A stretch of 64,000 bases of DNA from a bacterium (GCA_963595925.1 CAVBJM010000005.1:22060-86059); one strand, 5' to 3'; shown: positions 47,858-60,728, counted from the stretch's first letter. Translations and numbers: made by a program. The notes: a model not told the origin generated them from the letters alone.

Positions 47858-49456
47858 TCAGTCCCGTTTCGGGAAATTCATCCCCGGCTCTGCGAGCAGT
47901 TCTACCGCTTTCCGCACGCTGGGATTCAACTCGTTCGTCACTTGATAATATTCGCTCATGTCCCACAGGTCGCGGGCTATCAGCCCTTTCAGCTGAGCCT
48001 TGATTAAGGGGAGCGACACTTCCCACTCATCTTCCTTATACTCCACGCCCAGCTTCGTGCCCAGTTGCTTCAGCTCGTCCAGCATGGCCGGCGTTATCTG
48101 GAATTCCCGGTTAAAGCGCTCGAAAGTCTTGTACTTGCTTAGCCACTGCTTGCGGTGTTGGTCTACAAGGCGCAGGTTCATCTGCACCACGGCTCCCTTG
48201 TCGCGCAAACCTCCGTAATACTTACTATACATGGTGGTGTCTATCGGCACGAAATAGTCGGGCATGATGCCTCCCCCGCCATAAACCACGCGTCCCAACT
48301 TCAGGGTTTTGCACTTCAGCGAGTCGGGGAAGTGAATGCTGTCGGCACTCAGCATCTCGCCGCGGTTGTAGCGGTCTATCAAGTCCTTGTTATAACTTTC
48401 TATACTCTCGTAAGGTTTCTGTATGCAGCGTCCCGACGGCGTATAATATCGGGCTACGGTCAGTCTTATCATCGAGCCGTCGGGCAGGTCGATGGGTCGC
48501 TGCACCAGTCCTTTTCCGAAACTGCGGCGGCCTACCACGATGGCACGGTCCCAATCTTGCAAGGCTCCTGTCACAATCTCGCTGGCGGAAGCCGAGAATT
48601 CATCGACAAGCACTACCACACGACCATCCAGAAAGTCGCCCGTTCCCTCGGCCTTGAATTCGGTACGCGGGTTCTTCCTTCCCTCGGTATATACCAGCAG
48701 TTGGCCTTTCTGCAAGAACTGGTTAGCAATGTCTGTAGCGGCGTTCAGATATCCTCCGCCGTTTCCTTGAAGGTCGAATATCAGGTCTTTCATCCCCTGC
48801 TTTTGCAGCTTGTGCAACGCATCGGCGAATTCCTTTCCGGTTGTAGCGGCAAAGCGGCTCACACGTATATAGCCCACCTTGTCATTCACCATATAGGCCG
48901 CGTCCAGACTGTACATGGGTATCTTATCGCGCTTGATGGTAAACACAAGCGGATGCTCCGAACCGCGACGCATCACCTTCACCGTAACTTTCGAACCTCG
49001 AGGGCCGCGCAGACGGCGCATAACGTCATCGGTAGGCATCTTAACACCCGCTATCAGCGTATCGTTCACCTCCAGGATACGGTCGCCGGCCAAGATGCCA
49101 ACTTTCTCCGAGGGGCCTCCGCTGATGGTTTGTATCACGAACAGCGTGTCGGTCGACATATTAAATTGGATGCCAATCCCATCGAAGTTGCCTTGCAAGG
49201 GTTCGTTCAGCTCCTTCACCTCTTCAGGATTGGAATACGTAGAGTGTGGGTCCAACTCCCGCAACATGCTTTTTATGGCATCCTCTACCACCTTCGATTC
49301 GTCCACCGGATCAACATACAGGTTCGAGATGGCAAATTCGGCCAGTTGCAGTTTGCGCATCGGCGTGTTATATATCTTATTCTGCGCCTGAACGGATAAA
49401 CATCCGCACAGGCAGCAGAGTACCGCCCATACGCATCTTTTCATCGTTTTCTTCAT
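47858..49456 (-). CDS. S41 family C-terminal processing protease
   Basis: LDPHS, PDZ GIGIQF, DLQGNGGG, SASASEI, FGKGLVQ. Confidence 0.94.
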   Translation of the reverse strand: MKKTMKRCVWAVLCCLCGCLSVQAQNKIYNTPMRKLQLAEFAISNLYVDPVDESKVVEDAIKSMLRELDPHSTYSNPEEVKELNEPLQGNFDGIGIQFNMSTDTLFVIQTISGGPSEKVGILAGDRILEVNDTLIAGVKMPTDDVMRRLRGPRGSKVTVKVMRRGSEHPLVFTIKRDKIPMYSLDAAYMVNDKVGYIRVSRFAATTGKEFADALHKLQKQGMKDLIFDLQGNGGGYLNAATDIANQFLQKGQLLVYTEGRKNPRTEFKAEGTGDFLDGRVVVLVDEFSASASEIVTGALQDWDRAIVVGRRSFGKGLVQRPIDLPDGSMIRLTVARYYTPSGRCIQKPYESIESYNKDLIDRYNRGEMLSADSIHFPDSLKCKTLKLGRVVYGGGGIMPDYFVPIDTTMYSKYYGGLRDKGAVVQMNLRLVDQHRKQWLSKYKTFERFNREFQITPAMLDELKQLGTKLGVEYKEDEWEVSLPLIKAQLKGLIARDLWDMSEYYQVTNELNPSVRKAVELLAEPGMNFPKRD

Positions 49457-49466
49457 ATCTTTCGGT

Positions 49467-49925
49467 TTATAAGTTTATGTCCAGCCCTTTTGGGATGAAC
49501 GGAGAAACATCCTTGCCGTAGCTCAACAGCTCGCGCACGATGGTGGAACTTACCGAGGTCAGTTCGGGTTCGGTAAACAATAGAATCGTTTCTACACCGG
49601 CCAACTTACGGTTTATATCGGCAATGGTTTCTTCGTATTCAAAATCCCGCACGGTACGTATGCCTCTCACAATGAATTCAGCTCCGCACTGGCGGGTGAA
49701 ATCTACCGTAAGGTTATCGTAAGCAAGCACCTTTATCCGAGGATTGTCGGCATACAGTTTAGAAACCATCTCCACACGCTTTTCAATAGGAAACCACGTG
49801 CGCTTGCTCTCATTCACACCGATGCCTATTATCACTTCGTCCATAAAGGTCAACGCCCGTTTCACTACCGAGTCGTGTCCGATGGTAAAGGGGTCGAACG
49901 TCCCGGGGAATACTGCTCTTTTCAT
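49467..49925 (-). CDS. coaD: Pantetheine-phosphate adenylyltransferase
   Basis: [28 protein letters not shown]. Confidence 0.97.
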   Translation of the reverse strand: MKRAVFPGTFDPFTIGHDSVVKRALTFMDEVIIGIGVNESKRTWFPIEKRVEMVSKLYADNPRIKVLAYDNLTVDFTRQCGAEFIVRGIRTVRDFEYEETIADINRKLAGVETILLFTEPELTSVSSTIVRELLSYGKDVSPFIPKGLDINL

Positions 49926-51874
49926 TATTGCAAGTCTAAATCTACAAGGTCTTCTTCAACCACCAGATTGTTTATAATAAAGTTCTGTCGCTCCATGGTG
50001 TTCTTTCCCATATAGAACTCCAGAAGTTCGGCCACGGCATCCGTCTTACGCAGCGAAACCTGCTCCAAACGCATGTCCTTTCCGATGAATCCGCGGAACT
50101 CATCGGGCGAAATCTCACCCAATCCTTTGAATCGGGTAATCTCGGGGTTGGGCGACAGGCGTTCGATAGCCGCCTGACGTTCTTCTTCCGAGTAGCAATA
50201 AACCGTTTCGTAAACGCCCTTCTTCTTGTTCCGCACACGAAACAACGGAGTCTGCAAGATGTACACGTGTCCTTTCTTTATCAGGTCGGGGAAGAACTGC
50301 AAAAAGAACGTAATCATCAGCAAGCGGATGTGCATACCGTCTACATCGGCATCGGTGGCCACAATCACTTTGTTGTAGCGCAAGCCGTCCAGTCCGTCTT
50401 CGATGTTCAGAGCCGCCTGAAGTAAGTAGAACTCATCGTTCTCGTACACCGCCTTTTTGGTTTTGCCGAATGAGTTAAGGGGCTTTCCTCTCAAACTGAA
50501 CACGGCCTGCGTATTCACGTCACGGCTTTTGGTGATAGAACCGCTGGCCGAATCGCCCTCGGTAATGAAGATGGAGCTTTCCAGACGCGGGTCGTCTTCA
50601 TCGTCTTTCTTCCCTCCTTTGAGGTCGTTCAGGTGTACCCTACAGTCGCGCAACTTGCGGTTGTGCAGATTGGCCTTCTTGGCACGTTCACGCGCTATCT
50701 TTGTCACGCCGGCAATGGCTTTGCGCTCTTTTTCCGACTCTTGTATCTTCTGAAGCAACACTTCGGTTATCTCGCGATGACGGTGTAGGTAATTGTCAAC
50801 GTTCTCTTTCACGAAGTCGCCCACGAACTTGTTCACACTCACCCCCGACAACGGATAGGGATTCCCGTCGCTATCCTTTTCTGGCGCCATCACCAGCGAG
50901 CCTAACTTAATCTTAGTCTGACTCTCGAACGTCGGTTCGATGACATTCACGGCTACGGCTGCAACCAGTCCGTTTCGGATATCCTGAAAGTCGAGGTTCT
51001 TGCCGAAGAACTCCTTGATGGTACGTGCCAAATGTTCCTTGAAAGCGCTTTGGTGCGTACCGCCCTGCGTGGTGTGCTGCCCGTTGACAAACGAATAATA
51101 CTCCTCGCCGTACTGCGACGTGTGCGTGAAAGCTATCTCAATATCTTCGCCCACAAGGTGTACGATGGGATACAAAGCCGCACCAGTCATGTTGTCGTTG
51201 AGCAAATCTTCCAGACCGTTGCGACTGATGATGCGACGGTTATTATAATAGATGGCCAGCCCCGTATTCAGGTACGTATAGTTACGAAGCATGGTTTCGA
51301 TGAACTCGGGACGGAACTGGTAATTCAGAAACAAGGTACTGTCCGGTTCGAAATAGATATAAGTACCGTTCTCCTCATCGGTAGCACGGGTTGTATCGGA
51401 GATGAGATTACCGCGCTCAAACACAGCCTCGCGCATCTGCCCGTCGCGCGTACTTCGGGCCACAAAATGCGAACTCAGCGCATTGACCGCCTTGGCACCT
51501 ACACCGTTCAAACCCACACTCTTCTTAAAGGCTTTCGTATCGTACTTACCACCGGTGTTCAGCATCGAAACGGCATCTACCAAACTCCCCAAGGGAATGC
51601 CTCGGCCATAGTCGCGCACGGAGACACGCAAGTTGTCTTCCATCTGAATGTCGATGCGCTTGCCCGCCCCCATCTTGAACTCGTCAATAGAATTGTCTAT
51701 CACTTCTTTCAGAAGGACGTAAATACCGTCTTCGGCCTGCGAACCGTCGCCCAAACGCCCGATATACATACCGGGACGCGTGCGTACGTGTTCCATATCG
51801 CTCAAGTGGCGTATATTATCCTCAGTATACGATACGCTGGAGTCTGTTTGTCCGTTCAAGTTCAGTTCTTCCAT
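49925..51874 (-). CDS. parE: DNA topoisomerase IV subunit B
   Basis: [45 protein letters not shown]; ParE-type C-terminus and coaD context. Confidence 0.92.
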   Translation of the reverse strand: MEELNLNGQTDSSVSYTEDNIRHLSDMEHVRTRPGMYIGRLGDGSQAEDGIYVLLKEVIDNSIDEFKMGAGKRIDIQMEDNLRVSVRDYGRGIPLGSLVDAVSMLNTGGKYDTKAFKKSVGLNGVGAKAVNALSSHFVARSTRDGQMREAVFERGNLISDTTRATDEENGTYIYFEPDSTLFLNYQFRPEFIETMLRNYTYLNTGLAIYYNNRRIISRNGLEDLLNDNMTGAALYPIVHLVGEDIEIAFTHTSQYGEEYYSFVNGQHTTQGGTHQSAFKEHLARTIKEFFGKNLDFQDIRNGLVAAVAVNVIEPTFESQTKIKLGSLVMAPEKDSDGNPYPLSGVSVNKFVGDFVKENVDNYLHRHREITEVLLQKIQESEKERKAIAGVTKIARERAKKANLHNRKLRDCRVHLNDLKGGKKDDEDDPRLESSIFITEGDSASGSITKSRDVNTQAVFSLRGKPLNSFGKTKKAVYENDEFYLLQAALNIEDGLDGLRYNKVIVATDADVDGMHIRLLMITFFLQFFPDLIKKGHVYILQTPLFRVRNKKKGVYETVYCYSEEERQAAIERLSPNPEITRFKGLGEISPDEFRGFIGKDMRLEQVSLRKTDAVAELLEFYMGKNTMERQNFIINNLVVEEDLVDLDLQ

Positions 51875-51875
51875 A

Positions 51876-53009
51876 TCACTTTATCGATTTCTTGAAAGCG
51901 CGGCGACGCTTGTGCTGAACGCTTTCGAATGCGCTCCACTGCGATTGCACTTTCTTATTTTCTTCCAGCTCGGGATTGCTCTCGCCGTATTCGAATCCCA
52001 TCTTTTGGAATGTAGGAACCAAATCGTAAAACAACAAGGCGTTTACTCCCTTGCTCTGATATTCCGGCTTTACGCCTACTAGCAACAGGTCGAGTACTTT
52101 GGGACGTTTCAGGAACAACGCTTTCAGCAAATAGAACCAACCAAAAGGCAACATGCGTCCTTTCGCCTTCTGCAACGCTTCGGAAAGCGAAGCCATCGAT
52201 ATACCTACAGCTACCAATTCGCCCGCCTCGTTTTCTACCACCGAGACCATGCGCAAATCCAGTAGCGGCAAATACATCTTCACATATTGGTCTATCTGTC
52301 CTTGCGTCATCCGCGAGAAACCGTAAAGCGGCGCGTATGCATCGTTTATAAGGTCGAAGATGCGTTGCCCGTAGTTCTTCTCACGGATTTCTTTTCGGGT
52401 GAGCTTCTTTATCTGGAGTTTGTATTTCTGCAAAATGATTTCGGAGATGCGAATAAACTTATCGGGGAGTTTATCGGGCACGGTAAGCTTGTATTCCACC
52501 CAGTCGGCGTCTTTTTCGAATCCCAGCTTCTCCATGTGCTCGGGATAGTACGGATAGTTATAGATGGTAGCCATCGTTCCCAGTTGGTCGAAGCCTTCCA
52601 CCAGCATACCCTCGGCGTCCATATCGGTAAATCCCAAGGGGCCTACAATGGTGTCCATACCCTTAGTGCGTCCCCAGTTCTCTACAGCTTTCAGCAGTGC
52701 TTCCGACACTTTTGTATCGTCTACGAAGTCTATCCATCCGAATCGTACTTCCTTTTTATTCCACGTTTCGTTGGCCCGGTGGTTGATAATGGCAGCCACG
52801 CGTCCCACTACGCGCTCATCGCTATAGGCTAAGAAATATTCGGCTTCACAGAACTCGAAAGCCGCATTCTTCTTGATATTGAAAGTTCCCAACATATCAT
52901 CGTACAAATCGGGCACCGAGTAAGGGCTATTTTTATAAAGTTCGTAATTGAAGCGAATAAAGGTCTTCAGTTCTTTCTTCGAACTTACTTTTCTGATTGT
53001 TATGGCCAT
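51876..53009 (-). CDS. GNAT-fold N-acetyltransferase-like conserved protein
   Basis: Start MAITIRK at 53009; [34 protein letters not shown]. Confidence 0.8.
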   Translation of the reverse strand: MAITIRKVSSKKELKTFIRFNYELYKNSPYSVPDLYDDMLGTFNIKKNAAFEFCEAEYFLAYSDERVVGRVAAIINHRANETWNKKEVRFGWIDFVDDTKVSEALLKAVENWGRTKGMDTIVGPLGFTDMDAEGMLVEGFDQLGTMATIYNYPYYPEHMEKLGFEKDADWVEYKLTVPDKLPDKFIRISEIILQKYKLQIKKLTRKEIREKNYGQRIFDLINDAYAPLYGFSRMTQGQIDQYVKMYLPLLDLRMVSVVENEAGELVAVGISMASLSEALQKAKGRMLPFGWFYLLKALFLKRPKVLDLLLVGVKPEYQSKGVNALLFYDLVPTFQKMGFEYGESNPELEENKKVQSQWSAFESVQHKRRRAFKKSIK

Positions 53010-53150
53010 CTGTTCGTTGTTTGTCTTATGATTCTTTTCAATCGGTAAAGATACGTATTTTTCTTGGTATATCCTCAGACAAACGTTTTCGATGCAGATA
53101 CGATGCCGAAAAATAGGACTGAGAATACTACCAATCGGAAATTCCGTCAT

Positions 53151-53196
53151 AAAAACGCAGAATTGCCCTCCCGCCTCAACAGGAGAGCAATTCTGC
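53151..53196 (-). terminator. Intrinsic terminator of the GAG PUL
   Basis: gcagaattgccctcc ... ggagagcaattctgc stem with a T-run on the - strand. Confidence 0.7.
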
Positions 53197-53247
53197 AACA
53201 GGGTATCTTCAGCCTGCCAAAACAGGCAGCCGAAGTTCTTTAGTACA

Positions 53248-54792
53248 TTATTTCTTTTCGATGACCTCTTTCAGCTTGGCCGCCAAACGGCTGGCTACTT
53301 CGGGATGTTCCTTGATAACATTATGCTTTTCGTACGGGTCGGAAGCCAAATTGTAAAGCTCGCCTTGCGGATTGTTTCCCAACTCCATATGCGTCCAGAA
53401 CTCAATGGCAGGTTGGTCAGAAGGCTGTAAGTACTTCCAGTTTCCATCTATAATGGCTAGCGTATTGTTCAGGTTCTGCTGAACCACGAACGGGCGGTCG
53501 GCCTGGTCGCGTCCCAAGAGTGACATCGAACGCGGTCGACTGTCGGGAGCCGCTCCCTTGGGAAGTTTCTGTTCCAGTATCTCGGCCAGCGAAGCGTATA
53601 TATCCACCTGCGAGAACAAACCTTGCTGCTTGCAAGGTGAAACGGCTGCCGGCCAACGAACAATAAGGGGGACACGTGTGCCGGCTTCGTACAGACTGTA
53701 TTTTCCACCGCGGTAGTCCAACATGGGCTTATGTCCGTTCAGCAGTTCAAAAGCACGGTCTTGGTAACCATCGTCTATCACCGGTCCGTTGTCGCTGGTA
53801 AAAACGAACAACGTATTGTCGGCAATGTTCAGGCTATCCAGCGTGTGCATGATTTCGCCAATGGTCCAGTCCAACTGCAAGATGACATCGCCTCGAGTTC
53901 CCAAACCGCTCTTTCCGGCGAAACGGGGATGTGGCACACGCGGCACGTGTACGTCTTGCGTCCCCATATACAGGAAGAAAGGCTTCGAAGCCGAACGGAT
54001 GATGAAGTCTTTGGCCTTGTTTGTAATCACATCGGCTATATCCTCATCTTTCCACAGAGCCGACTTTCCGCCCGTCATCCATCCGATGCGCGGTATTCCG
54101 TTGATGATGGTATTGTTATGTCCTTGGCTGGGTTTCAGCGTAACGAGTTCGGGGTTCTCCTCTCCAGTAGGCCAGTCGCCCACCTTTTTCTCGTAGCTCA
54201 CGGTAATCGGGTCGTTCGGGTCGAGACCTGCCACGCGTCCGTTTTCTACAAACACACAAGGTACACGGTCTACCGTAGCCGGGATAACAAACTCGTAGTC
54301 GAACCCGATACTCTGTGTATTCGGTTTAATCAGTCCGTTAAAGTCGGTTCCTCCAGCCGGGCCTAACCCCAAATGCCATTTCCCGACGGCAGCCGTAGCA
54401 TATCCGGCCTCCTTGAACATATCGGCCAGCGTGACACATGTGGTATCGATAATCAGTTCAGAGTTTCCGGGTGCAATGCCCGTATTCTCCTTTCTCCAAG
54501 GATAACATCCGGTAAGCAAGCCGTAGCGCGACGGTGTGCTGGTGGCAGAGGTAGCGTATGCGTTGCTGAACTGTACGCCCTGTCCGGCCAACCGGTCGAT
54601 GTTTGGAGTAGAAATCTTGGTCGCTCCGTAGCAACTCAGGTCTCCAATGCCGAGATCATCCGAAAAGATGAATATCACGTTAGGACGCTTCAGGTCGTAC
54701 GCCTGCTTGTCCTTGGCATGCTTGCAGCTGCTCAAGGTAGCCGTAACGGCCGAAGCGGCACAAATCATCAATAAAGGTTGTTGTATTCTCAT
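53248..54792 (-). CDS. S1 formylglycine-dependent sulfatase, Ser-type (likely GAG sulfatase)
   Basis: SDDLG, STPSR (SxPxR) with LLTG, GKWHLG, SDNG, GGK..YEAGTRVP; lipobox LSSC. Confidence 0.92.
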   Translation of the reverse strand: MRIQQPLLMICAASAVTATLSSCKHAKDKQAYDLKRPNVIFIFSDDLGIGDLSCYGATKISTPNIDRLAGQGVQFSNAYATSATSTPSRYGLLTGCYPWRKENTGIAPGNSELIIDTTCVTLADMFKEAGYATAAVGKWHLGLGPAGGTDFNGLIKPNTQSIGFDYEFVIPATVDRVPCVFVENGRVAGLDPNDPITVSYEKKVGDWPTGEENPELVTLKPSQGHNNTIINGIPRIGWMTGGKSALWKDEDIADVITNKAKDFIIRSASKPFFLYMGTQDVHVPRVPHPRFAGKSGLGTRGDVILQLDWTIGEIMHTLDSLNIADNTLFVFTSDNGPVIDDGYQDRAFELLNGHKPMLDYRGGKYSLYEAGTRVPLIVRWPAAVSPCKQQGLFSQVDIYASLAEILEQKLPKGAAPDSRPRSMSLLGRDQADRPFVVQQNLNNTLAIIDGNWKYLQPSDQPAIEFWTHMELGNNPQGELYNLASDPYEKHNVIKEHPEVASRLAAKLKEVIEKK

Positions 54793-54795
54793 GTT

Positions 54796-57700
54796 TTACT
54801 TCTGTTTTAGTTTTACATCGGTTGTCAGTCCATCGCGACACGTAAACCGAAGTACAGTCTTCCCATCGGCAGACGACAACAGTTCGCAGTTAGTCGGTAG
54901 AGAGTCGGCCATCCATTCGCCTTTTAGGGTAACGCATACCGGTATGGGTTGCGAAGCATTCGACTTCCACGGACGGGAATAGATGCTACGCTCCACACGC
55001 TTTCCGTTCTCATCGTACACGTCATCGCTGGCTCCCCGATAGAGAGCCAAGTCGGGTTGGCATACAGAGAGCATCACCTGTGACGCTTCTTCTTTCAATA
55101 GAACCAGACACGAAGTGTCGGCCTGCTGTAGCAAGCCATCGGGCAACGTTGCAGGTTTCTCAAACAATACATACGAGGTCAGCCCGCTACGGGTGTCGGC
55201 CACAATGTGCGCTTGGGCGTTGCACTGCAAAACCCGATAACTGGGTTTCCGAGCGAACGCTTTCATCTGCGTCTGAGTGGCGTGCGGGATTATAGCGTAT
55301 TCATACACTTCTCCCTTAGGTGCTTCTCCGTGGTTGAACGTCAGCGAGACCCAATCGCCCTGAGTAGGACGGGCTGTTTCTTCGTTGAGCGACTGCTGCG
55401 GGAAGTGCTTCTCGAAACAGAGCTTGGTGCGTAGCGCTTTCGGTATGTAATATCCCGTCTGGCAGTTGTCTAACCATACGTTCTGTTTCGATGATGCCTT
55501 TTTCCAATAGAGACGGTCGGCCTCATCTTTCAGGTTAAGTTGGAAAACGGTAGTTTCTGTCGGGAAATCGGAATTGGCACTCTCGATGTCCGAACCCAAG
55601 CACACTATTTGGTCTTCCAGGAAATGGAATGACTTGCGTGCGCGCAAGCTTCCGTTATATTTATCGTGTTCGTGTAGTTTTATACCGAAATTCCCATTCC
55701 GGTGTTCCTGTGAAAGTCCTCCGGCGAAAGCCTCGTCGGAATAAAGCATCTCCTCTACGCCCGAATACTTATCAACATTGAGGATTTGGGCACGGAGTTG
55801 CTCCACCGGCAAATGTACGGCGGTAGTTCCGGGTATGCGTCCCCAGTCGAATCCCGCTTCTTGCCATCCGCTGGTGCGCGGCGTAACGGGCTGCGAATCG
55901 GGAGCGGTAAGTATTTGCAGGCTGCCATGTGCAAGGTATCGTCCGAAAAGGTTGCAGCCCACATAATGTTCGGCAGCCCAGAGGTAACGCGAATGTCCTC
56001 TTACTACTGCGCTCCAGTTGTCGCGACGCTGAACAGACACGCATCCGTAACCCAACGACAGGTTGCCCTGCGGATTGGATTCGGCCTTATAGCCTGCCTT
56101 TTCGAGTTGCGCCTTAAACTGACGTTCCTTCGGCCCTGTACCCGATGGCATATACTCCTCGGCCTGCTCCCCGTTCGAAGCGTCTATCAAGCGCAAGAAA
56201 GCGCCCGCCATCTCAGCGTCTACGGCCTGTTTGCCATCGGGAGTACCGGCCATGGCCATCAAGGCGTAGTGCAACGGAATGAGCCGTCCCTTTCCATCGG
56301 GATGCCGTCCAGACATGGAGAGCGGGAAGTAAAGCGTATTGCAATAAAAGCGCATGGCCATCAGCACGTTCTTCACGGTAGCGTGCGCCAAGGGCGATAC
56401 GGCAAAACGTGTTCCGCTGAGCAGATAAACCATTTGGGTAGCTCCGTTCAGTCCGCCCACTGCGTATGCTGGATAGTTGTTACAATGATGAAACGCAGCT
56501 CCGTCTACCTTAAACGCTCCCATCAGTCCGTCGGCAGGCATACATCCCCGGTCTATCCATCGTTGGAAGGAATGAAGGTAGCGCAACTTCTCGGGCGAGT
56601 CTTCCATCAGCAGGATGCTGGCTATACGGCCTGTAGTCTGCGTGTTGAAAGAATCCATATCAATGCCGTTAACGGTAGGCGCCACGTATATCTCGTTCGT
56701 AATAGCGTACCAAAGCATGGCTTGTTCAGCCTCGCTCAACTTGCCGGCTTTCCGCAACACGTCCTTCATCAGGAAATACGAGGTATAGAATCCGCGAAAG
56801 CTATAGCCGTAGTGAGTAAAATTCCCCAAACAACTTCCGGCTGCGATACCTTGGTCGGTGGCATGGGCGTACATCTTCAGGAACATGTCTGCCAACTCCT
56901 GCCGCACGGTATCGGACTTCGTTTGGCGATAAGCGATGGCGATTCGGTTCATCAGGTCGAAGTACGCCTTCAGCTCGTTGCCTTGCGCGTCAATCATCGT
57001 TTTCTTCCAGTTAGGCACGATGCGTTCGTACGCCTCGGCAGCTCGACTGAAGAAGATAGGCATACCGCTCACTTCCCCATCGGCAGAGAACGAAATGTGA
57101 TAGGCGGCGAATTTCTTCCGAATATCGGCCAAAGCCTTATCGGAAAGTTTTCCACCCGGATAAACCATCTGTTCGAACCGTTTTTCCATTGTGCGGATGT
57201 CGGCCTTATCAGCTTCGGTTAGCGGCACAAGAGGCATATCCGATGTAAGCAAAGAGTTCCTGTACACCACCAGCCAGTGGTTGTCATTGTCCTTATTCAC
57301 AAACGGTACTTGCCTATCGGCCGTTTGGTGGCGATGGTCGGTCTTCACCGAAGGTATCAGCAAGTCGAAACACATCCGTCCGCTAGCTTGGGGAGCGGTA
57401 AAGCGAATTTCGTCCATCCCTTCTACGGGAGTTCCTTGCATGTCGCGTTCGTAGCAAACCCACGCCGCACGCCATCCCGTGAAATTCAAGCGAAGATAAA
57501 AGTGACAGCACTCCGTACCTTGCCGATAAAATCCTACGCGCAAGCTATCGGTCTGCGCCTGTGTGTTGTAAAACCATCCGACGAATGTGGATAAGTAGAG
57601 GTCCTTTCCCGTAGGGTCTTTCTTCTCGAACATCAAGTCTTTCCGCATGGAAAGTACCGACCCGGGACGGAAATCCCACTGCAAAGACTGTGCGCCGTCT

Positions 57701-57879
57701 TTATAGTGTACAGTGTTCAGCGAAAGTCCCTCACCCGTCCAGCACGAGGGCACGGTTTTCTCTTCGAACGAGTTGATTCGCTCGCTCTTTATTAAAGGCA
57801 CTTGGCCTGCCGCCGCCCCCTGAAAGGGGATCGACAACAGGCCACAAAGTGCCAACAGGATGCGATTAGGCAGTTTCAT
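54796..57879 (-). CDS. Chondroitin sulfate ABC lyase (PL8)
   Basis: [12 protein letters not shown]-terminal domain, [37 protein letters not shown]; 1027 aa. Confidence 0.92.
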   Translation of the reverse strand: MKLPNRILLALCGLLSIPFQGAAAGQVPLIKSERINSFEEKTVPSCWTGEGLSLNTVHYKDGAQSLQWDFRPGSVLSMRKDLMFEKKDPTGKDLYLSTFVGWFYNTQAQTDSLRVGFYRQGTECCHFYLRLNFTGWRAAWVCYERDMQGTPVEGMDEIRFTAPQASGRMCFDLLIPSVKTDHRHQTADRQVPFVNKDNDNHWLVVYRNSLLTSDMPLVPLTEADKADIRTMEKRFEQMVYPGGKLSDKALADIRKKFAAYHISFSADGEVSGMPIFFSRAAEAYERIVPNWKKTMIDAQGNELKAYFDLMNRIAIAYRQTKSDTVRQELADMFLKMYAHATDQGIAAGSCLGNFTHYGYSFRGFYTSYFLMKDVLRKAGKLSEAEQAMLWYAITNEIYVAPTVNGIDMDSFNTQTTGRIASILLMEDSPEKLRYLHSFQRWIDRGCMPADGLMGAFKVDGAAFHHCNNYPAYAVGGLNGATQMVYLLSGTRFAVSPLAHATVKNVLMAMRFYCNTLYFPLSMSGRHPDGKGRLIPLHYALMAMAGTPDGKQAVDAEMAGAFLRLIDASNGEQAEEYMPSGTGPKERQFKAQLEKAGYKAESNPQGNLSLGYGCVSVQRRDNWSAVVRGHSRYLWAAEHYVGCNLFGRYLAHGSLQILTAPDSQPVTPRTSGWQEAGFDWGRIPGTTAVHLPVEQLRAQILNVDKYSGVEEMLYSDEAFAGGLSQEHRNGNFGIKLHEHDKYNGSLRARKSFHFLEDQIVCLGSDIESANSDFPTETTVFQLNLKDEADRLYWKKASSKQNVWLDNCQTGYYIPKALRTKLCFEKHFPQQSLNEETARPTQGDWVSLTFNHGEAPKGEVYEYAIIPHATQTQMKAFARKPSYRVLQCNAQAHIVADTRSGLTSYVLFEKPATLPDGLLQQADTSCLVLLKEEASQVMLSVCQPDLALYRGASDDVYDENGKRVERSIYSRPWKSNASQPIPVCVTLKGEWMADSLPTNCELLSSADGKTVLRFTCRDGLTTDVKLKQK

Positions 57880-57897
57880 TCCTATCTGCGTCTCTGT

Positions 57898-58929
57898 TTA
57901 TTCGGTTACCACTACGGTATATTCGCGCACGACCGATGTTTGCTGCTTGAAATTGGCGTTTTTCGCTACAAACGTGGCTGTATAGGTTCCAGCTGTGCTA
58001 TAAGTGTGGGTATAGCTATCCGTGCCCTGAGAAATGTTCTTCAAACCTGTGCCCGCATCAGGAGTACAAGTATTGATAACCATCGGGCTTGAAACCAGCC
58101 ATGCATACATCAGCGGAGTTGCTTTCGGCGAACTGTGGATATAGAAATTGTTTATGTTTACCAAGTTCCACATACCGGATGTATTGTTCGTTACCGTAGC
58201 GTACGGTTTGCCTGTAAGTACAGACGCACGGCTTGCTGTGCTTAACACATCCGGATGCCGATAGTACATATTCAATGCCGTAAATCCAAACGAACCAGCC
58301 GACAAGGTAGCCACCTGACCGTTTTTCATCACGTTCTGAATCTGCATATTCTTGAAGTAGAACTTCGACTGAACCGCAGCGTTCGATACGCCTTTGTAGC
58401 AAATGGCGATTGTCACCTCTTTACCCAGGAAAGAGTTCATGTAAGCAGAATAGTCTTCACCGGCCGAATAGTTAACTTTCGTAGGGAAGCCCGATTTGGG
58501 AAGCAGTTCCTGCCAAGTAGCATTTTCTACGGCTACCGAGTCGGCTTCGAAATCGCTTTTCGTCAGTGCAGGGCAGTCTTCCGAAATCAGTACCGAGATA
58601 ATGTCGGTCGGATCGCCATATTGCGAAGCGATATTTACGGTGAACAATGAGCTTTCGATGTCACTCTCGTCTACCAGTGTGCGTTCGCGGTTCTTGTATT
58701 CGGCACCTGCCTCACCGCTAAAGAATGTCAGGTAGTCGGGGTCTCCGCCAAACTGGAAAGTGACGGGCGTGCCTGCTTTTACGGTAATGGTCTTGCCGTC
58801 GAAACTTACGTCGCCGCTTGTTTCCACGTTTACACTGAGTTCGGCGTCTTGCTTCAGCTCGTTCTCGCAAGCTGTAAGAGCCAACGAACCCAGGCCAAGA
58901 GCCACAATAAATGATTTATTCAGTTTCAT
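57898..58929 (-). CDS. Surface glycan-binding-type lipoprotein (DUF5017-like)
   Basis: Lipobox LTAC; TFFSGE; YTHTYSTAGTYTATF PKD-like end; directly downstream of susD. Confidence 0.7.
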   Translation of the reverse strand: MKLNKSFIVALGLGSLALTACENELKQDAELSVNVETSGDVSFDGKTITVKAGTPVTFQFGGDPDYLTFFSGEAGAEYKNRERTLVDESDIESSLFTVNIASQYGDPTDIISVLISEDCPALTKSDFEADSVAVENATWQELLPKSGFPTKVNYSAGEDYSAYMNSFLGKEVTIAICYKGVSNAAVQSKFYFKNMQIQNVMKNGQVATLSAGSFGFTALNMYYRHPDVLSTASRASVLTGKPYATVTNNTSGMWNLVNINNFYIHSSPKATPLMYAWLVSSPMVINTCTPDAGTGLKNISQGTDSYTHTYSTAGTYTATFVAKNANFKQQTSVVREYTVVVTE

Positions 58930-58960
58930 ATTGATAGGATTCTTTTTAATGATTCTACGA

Positions 58961-60712
58961 TTACCATCCCGGGTTATTCTTCGTGATAGCCTTGTTTACC
59001 GACATTTCCGAGTCAGGAATGGGGAAATAGTTATAAGCGTCCGAAATCTGGAAGAACGTCCAAACGCTATACTGGTCTCCTCCGTTCCAGTTGCCCGAAC
59101 TTCCGCTCTGTGCTCGTGACGAGAGTTCGTTCATGTCGGTGATGTATTCACCCCAACGAATCAAGTCGAAACGGCGAGTGTATTCAAAGCAAAGCTCCAT
59201 GGCACGTTCGTCTTTTACAGCCTGACGGAAGTCCGCTTTCGACAAGCCTGACTTTTCTTCGATTCCTGCACGCTTACGTACGGCGTTCAAGCATTCGTAA
59301 GCCAAAGCGGTAGGAGCGTCGTTGATTTCGTTTTCAGCTTCAGCCACCATCAACAACACGTCTGAGTAACGCAGCACGGGGAAGTTGATAGAAGTATAGT
59401 TGGCGTTCTTCTTAGAATTCTGCGTTTCGAACTCACGACGATACTTTCCGCAAGAACGTGAATAGTTTAGGGCCGCTGCACTCGATGAAGCAGTCTGTGT
59501 GTCGCCGCTTCCGTACGAGTACGACTTATCCCACCACGACGGGCTTTCGGCCTTCACCTCATCCATCTTGCCGGGGAAGAATGTACGTCCGGTTACACCG
59601 CCTGCCGTAGTCGATACATAAGTAAACGGAGCGATGTTCCAGTTCATGCGTTCCTTATCACCATTGCTGTTGTACAGTTCAAACAACTTCGGAGTGCTAC
59701 GGAAGAAAGAGTAGCAGTATCCCGGGTCTTGCGCACCAATCAGGGTTGTAGCGTCAATACGTGGAGCCTGCAAACCGATAACGTTACCGATACGGCCTTC
59801 CGAACGGGTTTCGCTAGAGTAGTCTCCCGAGAATTCTACTTCCCAAATGCTTTCGTTGGCAGTAGTGTTATACTTGCTTGAGCAGATGTCGATAAATACG
59901 TCCCAGTAGTTAGGAGCAAGGGAGTGTCCCTCTTCCATTACCTTCTTGGCATAAGTGTCGGCCTGCGTAAAATATTCTTTTATCTTCGTTTCGTCGGCAG
60001 CGGTGTTGTCGCGATAGTGTTCTCCGGCACGGAACATATATACACGAGCCAAGATACCCCAAGCGGCAGACTTCGAAACGTGTCCAGGCTGATAGTTTAA
60101 CTCGGCAGCCGATTTCAAACCGTTATCGGCAGCTTCCGACATCTCGGTTGCGATAAAGTCGTAAATCGTATTCTTGTCGGTACGAGGGATATCTAGACCG
60201 TTAACGCTCGAAGTAGAGGTAGTCTTAAACGGAACATCGCCCCAGCATTCTACCAACGTAAAGTAATAGAACGCGCGTAAGAAACGGGCTTCGGCACGAT
60301 ACTGTGCTTTTACTTCATCGCTGATAGTGCCTTCGGCCATCTTGTCGAGATTTTCAATAAGTGTTGTGGCGCGGTCGATGCCAGAATACAGTGTAATCCA
60401 CAAATAACTGAACATCGGCGAGCTGGCCGTAGCGTTGTTACAAGCGATACAGCCTGAACCTTCCGGGTTTCGGCCACCACCGTAGTGCGACAAGTCGTCA
60501 GCACCGTTCAGATAGCCGAAATAGTTTCCGTAGAAATTCTGTCCGGCCAAAGGAGCGTACACAGAAGTCAGGAACGAAGTGGCTTCCGATTCGCTATTAA
60601 AGTAAGTTTCAGGCACCAGTTCGTAAGGCTCTTTCTCCAGGAAGTCGCAAGAGGTTACGGCCGTACACGCCAGAAACGAAAGGAATGCTATTTTAATAGA
60701 TTTCATATTCAT
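58961..60712 (-). CDS. susD: SusD/RagB family lipoprotein
   Basis: Lipobox VTSC; EARFLRAFYYF, LRYSDVLLMVAEA, ERAMELCFE..RRFDLIRWG, NNPGW. Confidence 0.94.
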   Translation of the reverse strand: MNMKSIKIAFLSFLACTAVTSCDFLEKEPYELVPETYFNSESEATSFLTSVYAPLAGQNFYGNYFGYLNGADDLSHYGGGRNPEGSGCIACNNATASSPMFSYLWITLYSGIDRATTLIENLDKMAEGTISDEVKAQYRAEARFLRAFYYFTLVECWGDVPFKTTSTSSVNGLDIPRTDKNTIYDFIATEMSEAADNGLKSAAELNYQPGHVSKSAAWGILARVYMFRAGEHYRDNTAADETKIKEYFTQADTYAKKVMEEGHSLAPNYWDVFIDICSSKYNTTANESIWEVEFSGDYSSETRSEGRIGNVIGLQAPRIDATTLIGAQDPGYCYSFFRSTPKLFELYNSNGDKERMNWNIAPFTYVSTTAGGVTGRTFFPGKMDEVKAESPSWWDKSYSYGSGDTQTASSSAAALNYSRSCGKYRREFETQNSKKNANYTSINFPVLRYSDVLLMVAEAENEINDAPTALAYECLNAVRKRAGIEEKSGLSKADFRQAVKDERAMELCFEYTRRFDLIRWGEYITDMNELSSRAQSGSSGNWNGGDQYSVWTFFQISDAYNYFPIPDSEMSVNKAITKNNPGW

Positions 60713-60728
60713 GTTTGTTGTTTAAGGA

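Noticed and set aside
49925..51874. gyrB
   Set aside because: C-terminal region and coaD/S41 context fit the Bacteroidales ParE type better
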